A DNA stretch of 64,000 nt from positions 1 to 64,000 of the forward strand of contig JAHLTZ010000018.1 of the NCBI GenBank assembly GCA_025786725.1, written 5' to 3'. Below, piece after piece: positions 61,678 to 64,000 of the stretch. The translations under genes and the position numbers were made by a program. Position 1 is the stretch's first letter, and each line of letters opens with the position of its first letter. Below the pieces are notes generated by a model. The model was given only the letters and a program-made list of their open reading frames with translations, was not told the DNA's origin and made no database searches. Source of the stretch: Syncephalis fuscata S228. Taxonomy: Eukaryota > Fungi > Zoopagomycota.

Positions 61678-63077
61678 ATGCTGCATTGTCGTCATTAGTA
61701 TCCTCATTAGTATTAGTATTATTATTATTGTCATCATAATCACCACCATTACCATCATCACCGTCTGCATTGTTGTCATTATCGTCAAGTTGAAAGTGCG
61801 TAGATTTGCGTTTCTTTTTTCTTTAATATAAATCGAGTAAGCCAATTTAATGGCTTTTAGTGATTAAATGCATAGACGCTTTATTAGCTATTCGATTTAA
61901 ATTATAATACTTGTTGAATATAACTAAAGGACTGAATAAAAATAGCAGCTGTAAAATAATAGCACTAAGCTATTATTTAACTATTCTTTAATAATAAACT
62001 AAATGTTAATTATCTATATAAATTAGTAATTGGTATTAATTATTGTAAATTCCGCTATGATAGAAATAAAATATAAAATGAATCAAAAGGTGTACTATTT
62101 AAATTGAATACAGATCTATACTGCAGTTTAATTATTTTATTAAAATTTGCAGGCAAATTTATGTCTTCATAGTTTATAAAACCTGAATCTATTAATCGTT
62201 TATTTCTACATATAGTTCAATATATTAATAGTGTATATGATATTACTTCAATGACTATTATTATATTTTAGTTATAAATTCCAATTTAGTCTTATAGTAT
62301 TGCTTGATATCCAACTGTTTTCAAGCTACAGGTTACATATTAACTCAATCTCGACGATAAAATACCAACTACCTTTTAAGGACTTTTTATTTATGTGGAA
62401 TCTTTAGTAAAATAACTAAATTATAGAAAAATTTCAATGTGTTTTGTAAATGGCATAACAATTATGATTATCATCTAAATATAACACGTAGGTTAGCAAT
62501 ATTAACCAATTAAAATTGATGCATACTTTGTTGCACAGAAACATTTGTTGCTTTATGACGTATGTCCCCAGTTTGTATAACAACACGCATTAATGGCTCA
62601 TGACCATAGTTCTCGGTAATTACAATACCGAATGGTCTTTATAAAATAAAATTGCTATTAGACATACCTGAATGAATAAATAATCACTGAATGGATCTAA
62701 ATAATTGAATAAAAATATGTTACAACACTACTACCCGTGTAATTACCGGTAATTTATGTAACTAGATACCGAGTCATAATTAATAATAGATGAGACTATA
62801 GAAACTGAAAAAAAGCTAATGATCCGTGGTAATATAAACATTATACCTTCTAGAATGTTTGTCAAATGACTTAAGGCATGAATTACGGATTTAAAACCGG
62901 TTTGCAAATACTCAACACGTGGGCAAGTTTTTCCATGCCGATGACACTCAAGGCTGCATGGTATATAAGCTGCGCATTAGCTATTGTTCATATTGTCTAT
63001 TCCTGCATAATTTAAATTTGTTTTTTTTTACATTTTCTGTCTTATTTACTGCAAAGTAAAACATTATCACTGTCAAC

Positions 63078-64000
63078 ATGGCCATCTTATCAACACTTAT
63101 CGGCTCGCTCAAAGATAGTCTGCTTGATTGGCAATTTATTGGAGTTACTATTGGTGCCTGTATTGCTGGACAGGTAATTAATTCATTATAATAAGGAAAG
63201 ACAACTTACACATTTGCTGGTATTTAGATTATATACGATGAATTTTTTTCACCAGGATCAAAAATACCTGGACCACGGCCACGATTTTTGGGCAAACTTA
63301 TTACAATGTATTATACCGTGAACGGCGAAATGATGAATCACCATAATGAGTTGAGCAAAAAATATGGTAGTGTCTCTTGGCTTTGTAAGTAATATTAATT
63401 AATATAAAGCATTAATTAATCGTCGTTTTACAGTACCAAAGTTTGTTTCTCTTGCCGATCCAGATGCTGTTAGAGTGATATCCACTTCAACCAAAATAAC
63501 AAAAGGCAATCTATACCAATCGTTCCAGTTTCATCGTGATAACATTTTCTCTACACAGTAAGTATATACATACAGCTCATTCAGTGTATTGACGGCTATT
63601 GTGGCATTATAGAGATGTTGCTTTTCATCGGAAGCTGGTTAGTTCATGTGCTATGGCAAACAAGGTTTTAGCTAACAAATAAAACAGAAACGTACTATTG
63701 GTCCAGTATTTTCACTTGCTTCTGTATCCGACATGGAGCCACTAGTTTATGAGGCTGGTCTTAAACATCTCGTAAGAAGAATTAATGAATATGCTGAATC
63801 AGGAAAAACATTCGATGTTATGGAGCTGCTCCACTATACAACATTGGTAATTGATAGCTGATCAGTATAGTACCCCGTCATACTAATCTTAATTTTATTA
63901 GGATGTTATTGGCGCAGTAAGCTTTGGTGGATCTTTTGAAACATTAATTGTTAAGCCGGGAGAGAAACCTCATCCAATTATTCATTGGATTTCCGATATA
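63078..64000 (+). CDS. Cytochrome P450, 5' part (runs off window), multi-exon
   Basis: N-terminal anchor, SPGSKIPGP hinge, KKYG, LADPDAVR, NIFSTRD...HRKLKRTIGPVFS, LDVIGAVSFG. Confidence 0.88.

Noticed and set aside
1-64000. CRISPR arrays, rRNA or tRNA genes
   Set aside because: None seen by eye; the DNA is eukaryotic and the only tRNA-like sequence is the retrotransposon PBS.

Overview
Eukaryotic, AT-rich, gene-dense fungal DNA with many short (~45-65 nt) spliceosomal introns. Gene content and style suggest an early-diverging fungus such as Zoopagomycota/Syncephalis; this is inference. Left half: a near-identical inverted duplication of at least 5.6 kb (1-5578 vs 29735-35324) brackets ~24 kb. 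Each arm carries a secreted CAP/SCP gene, a ~790-bp foldback/MITE and a Copia-like relic. The bracketed interval holds a flavin amine oxidase, two orphan 7TM genes plus a pseudogenised paralog, SCI1-like, SFR1/MEI5-like, DBP6, an intact stand-alone Copia gag, a complete Mutator (MULE) element with a 9-bp TSD, eIF2A and an F-box gene. Right half: ARL5, a prokaryote-type phosphoribosyltransferase with a predicted 3-nt micro-exon, eIF2B-delta, MRP17, PRP45, a young Ty3/Gypsy element with an in-frame integrase deletion, a tandem pair of hypervariable 2-Cys secreted peptides, an orphan ORF, a long intergenic hairpin, NT5DC, DUF4807, AKR1 and the 5' part of a cytochrome P450. Several single-base frameshifts are probably assembly errors. 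Best novelty candidates: the secreted peptide pair, the inverted-repeat-flanked segment, the possibly domesticated gag and the catalytic micro-exon.
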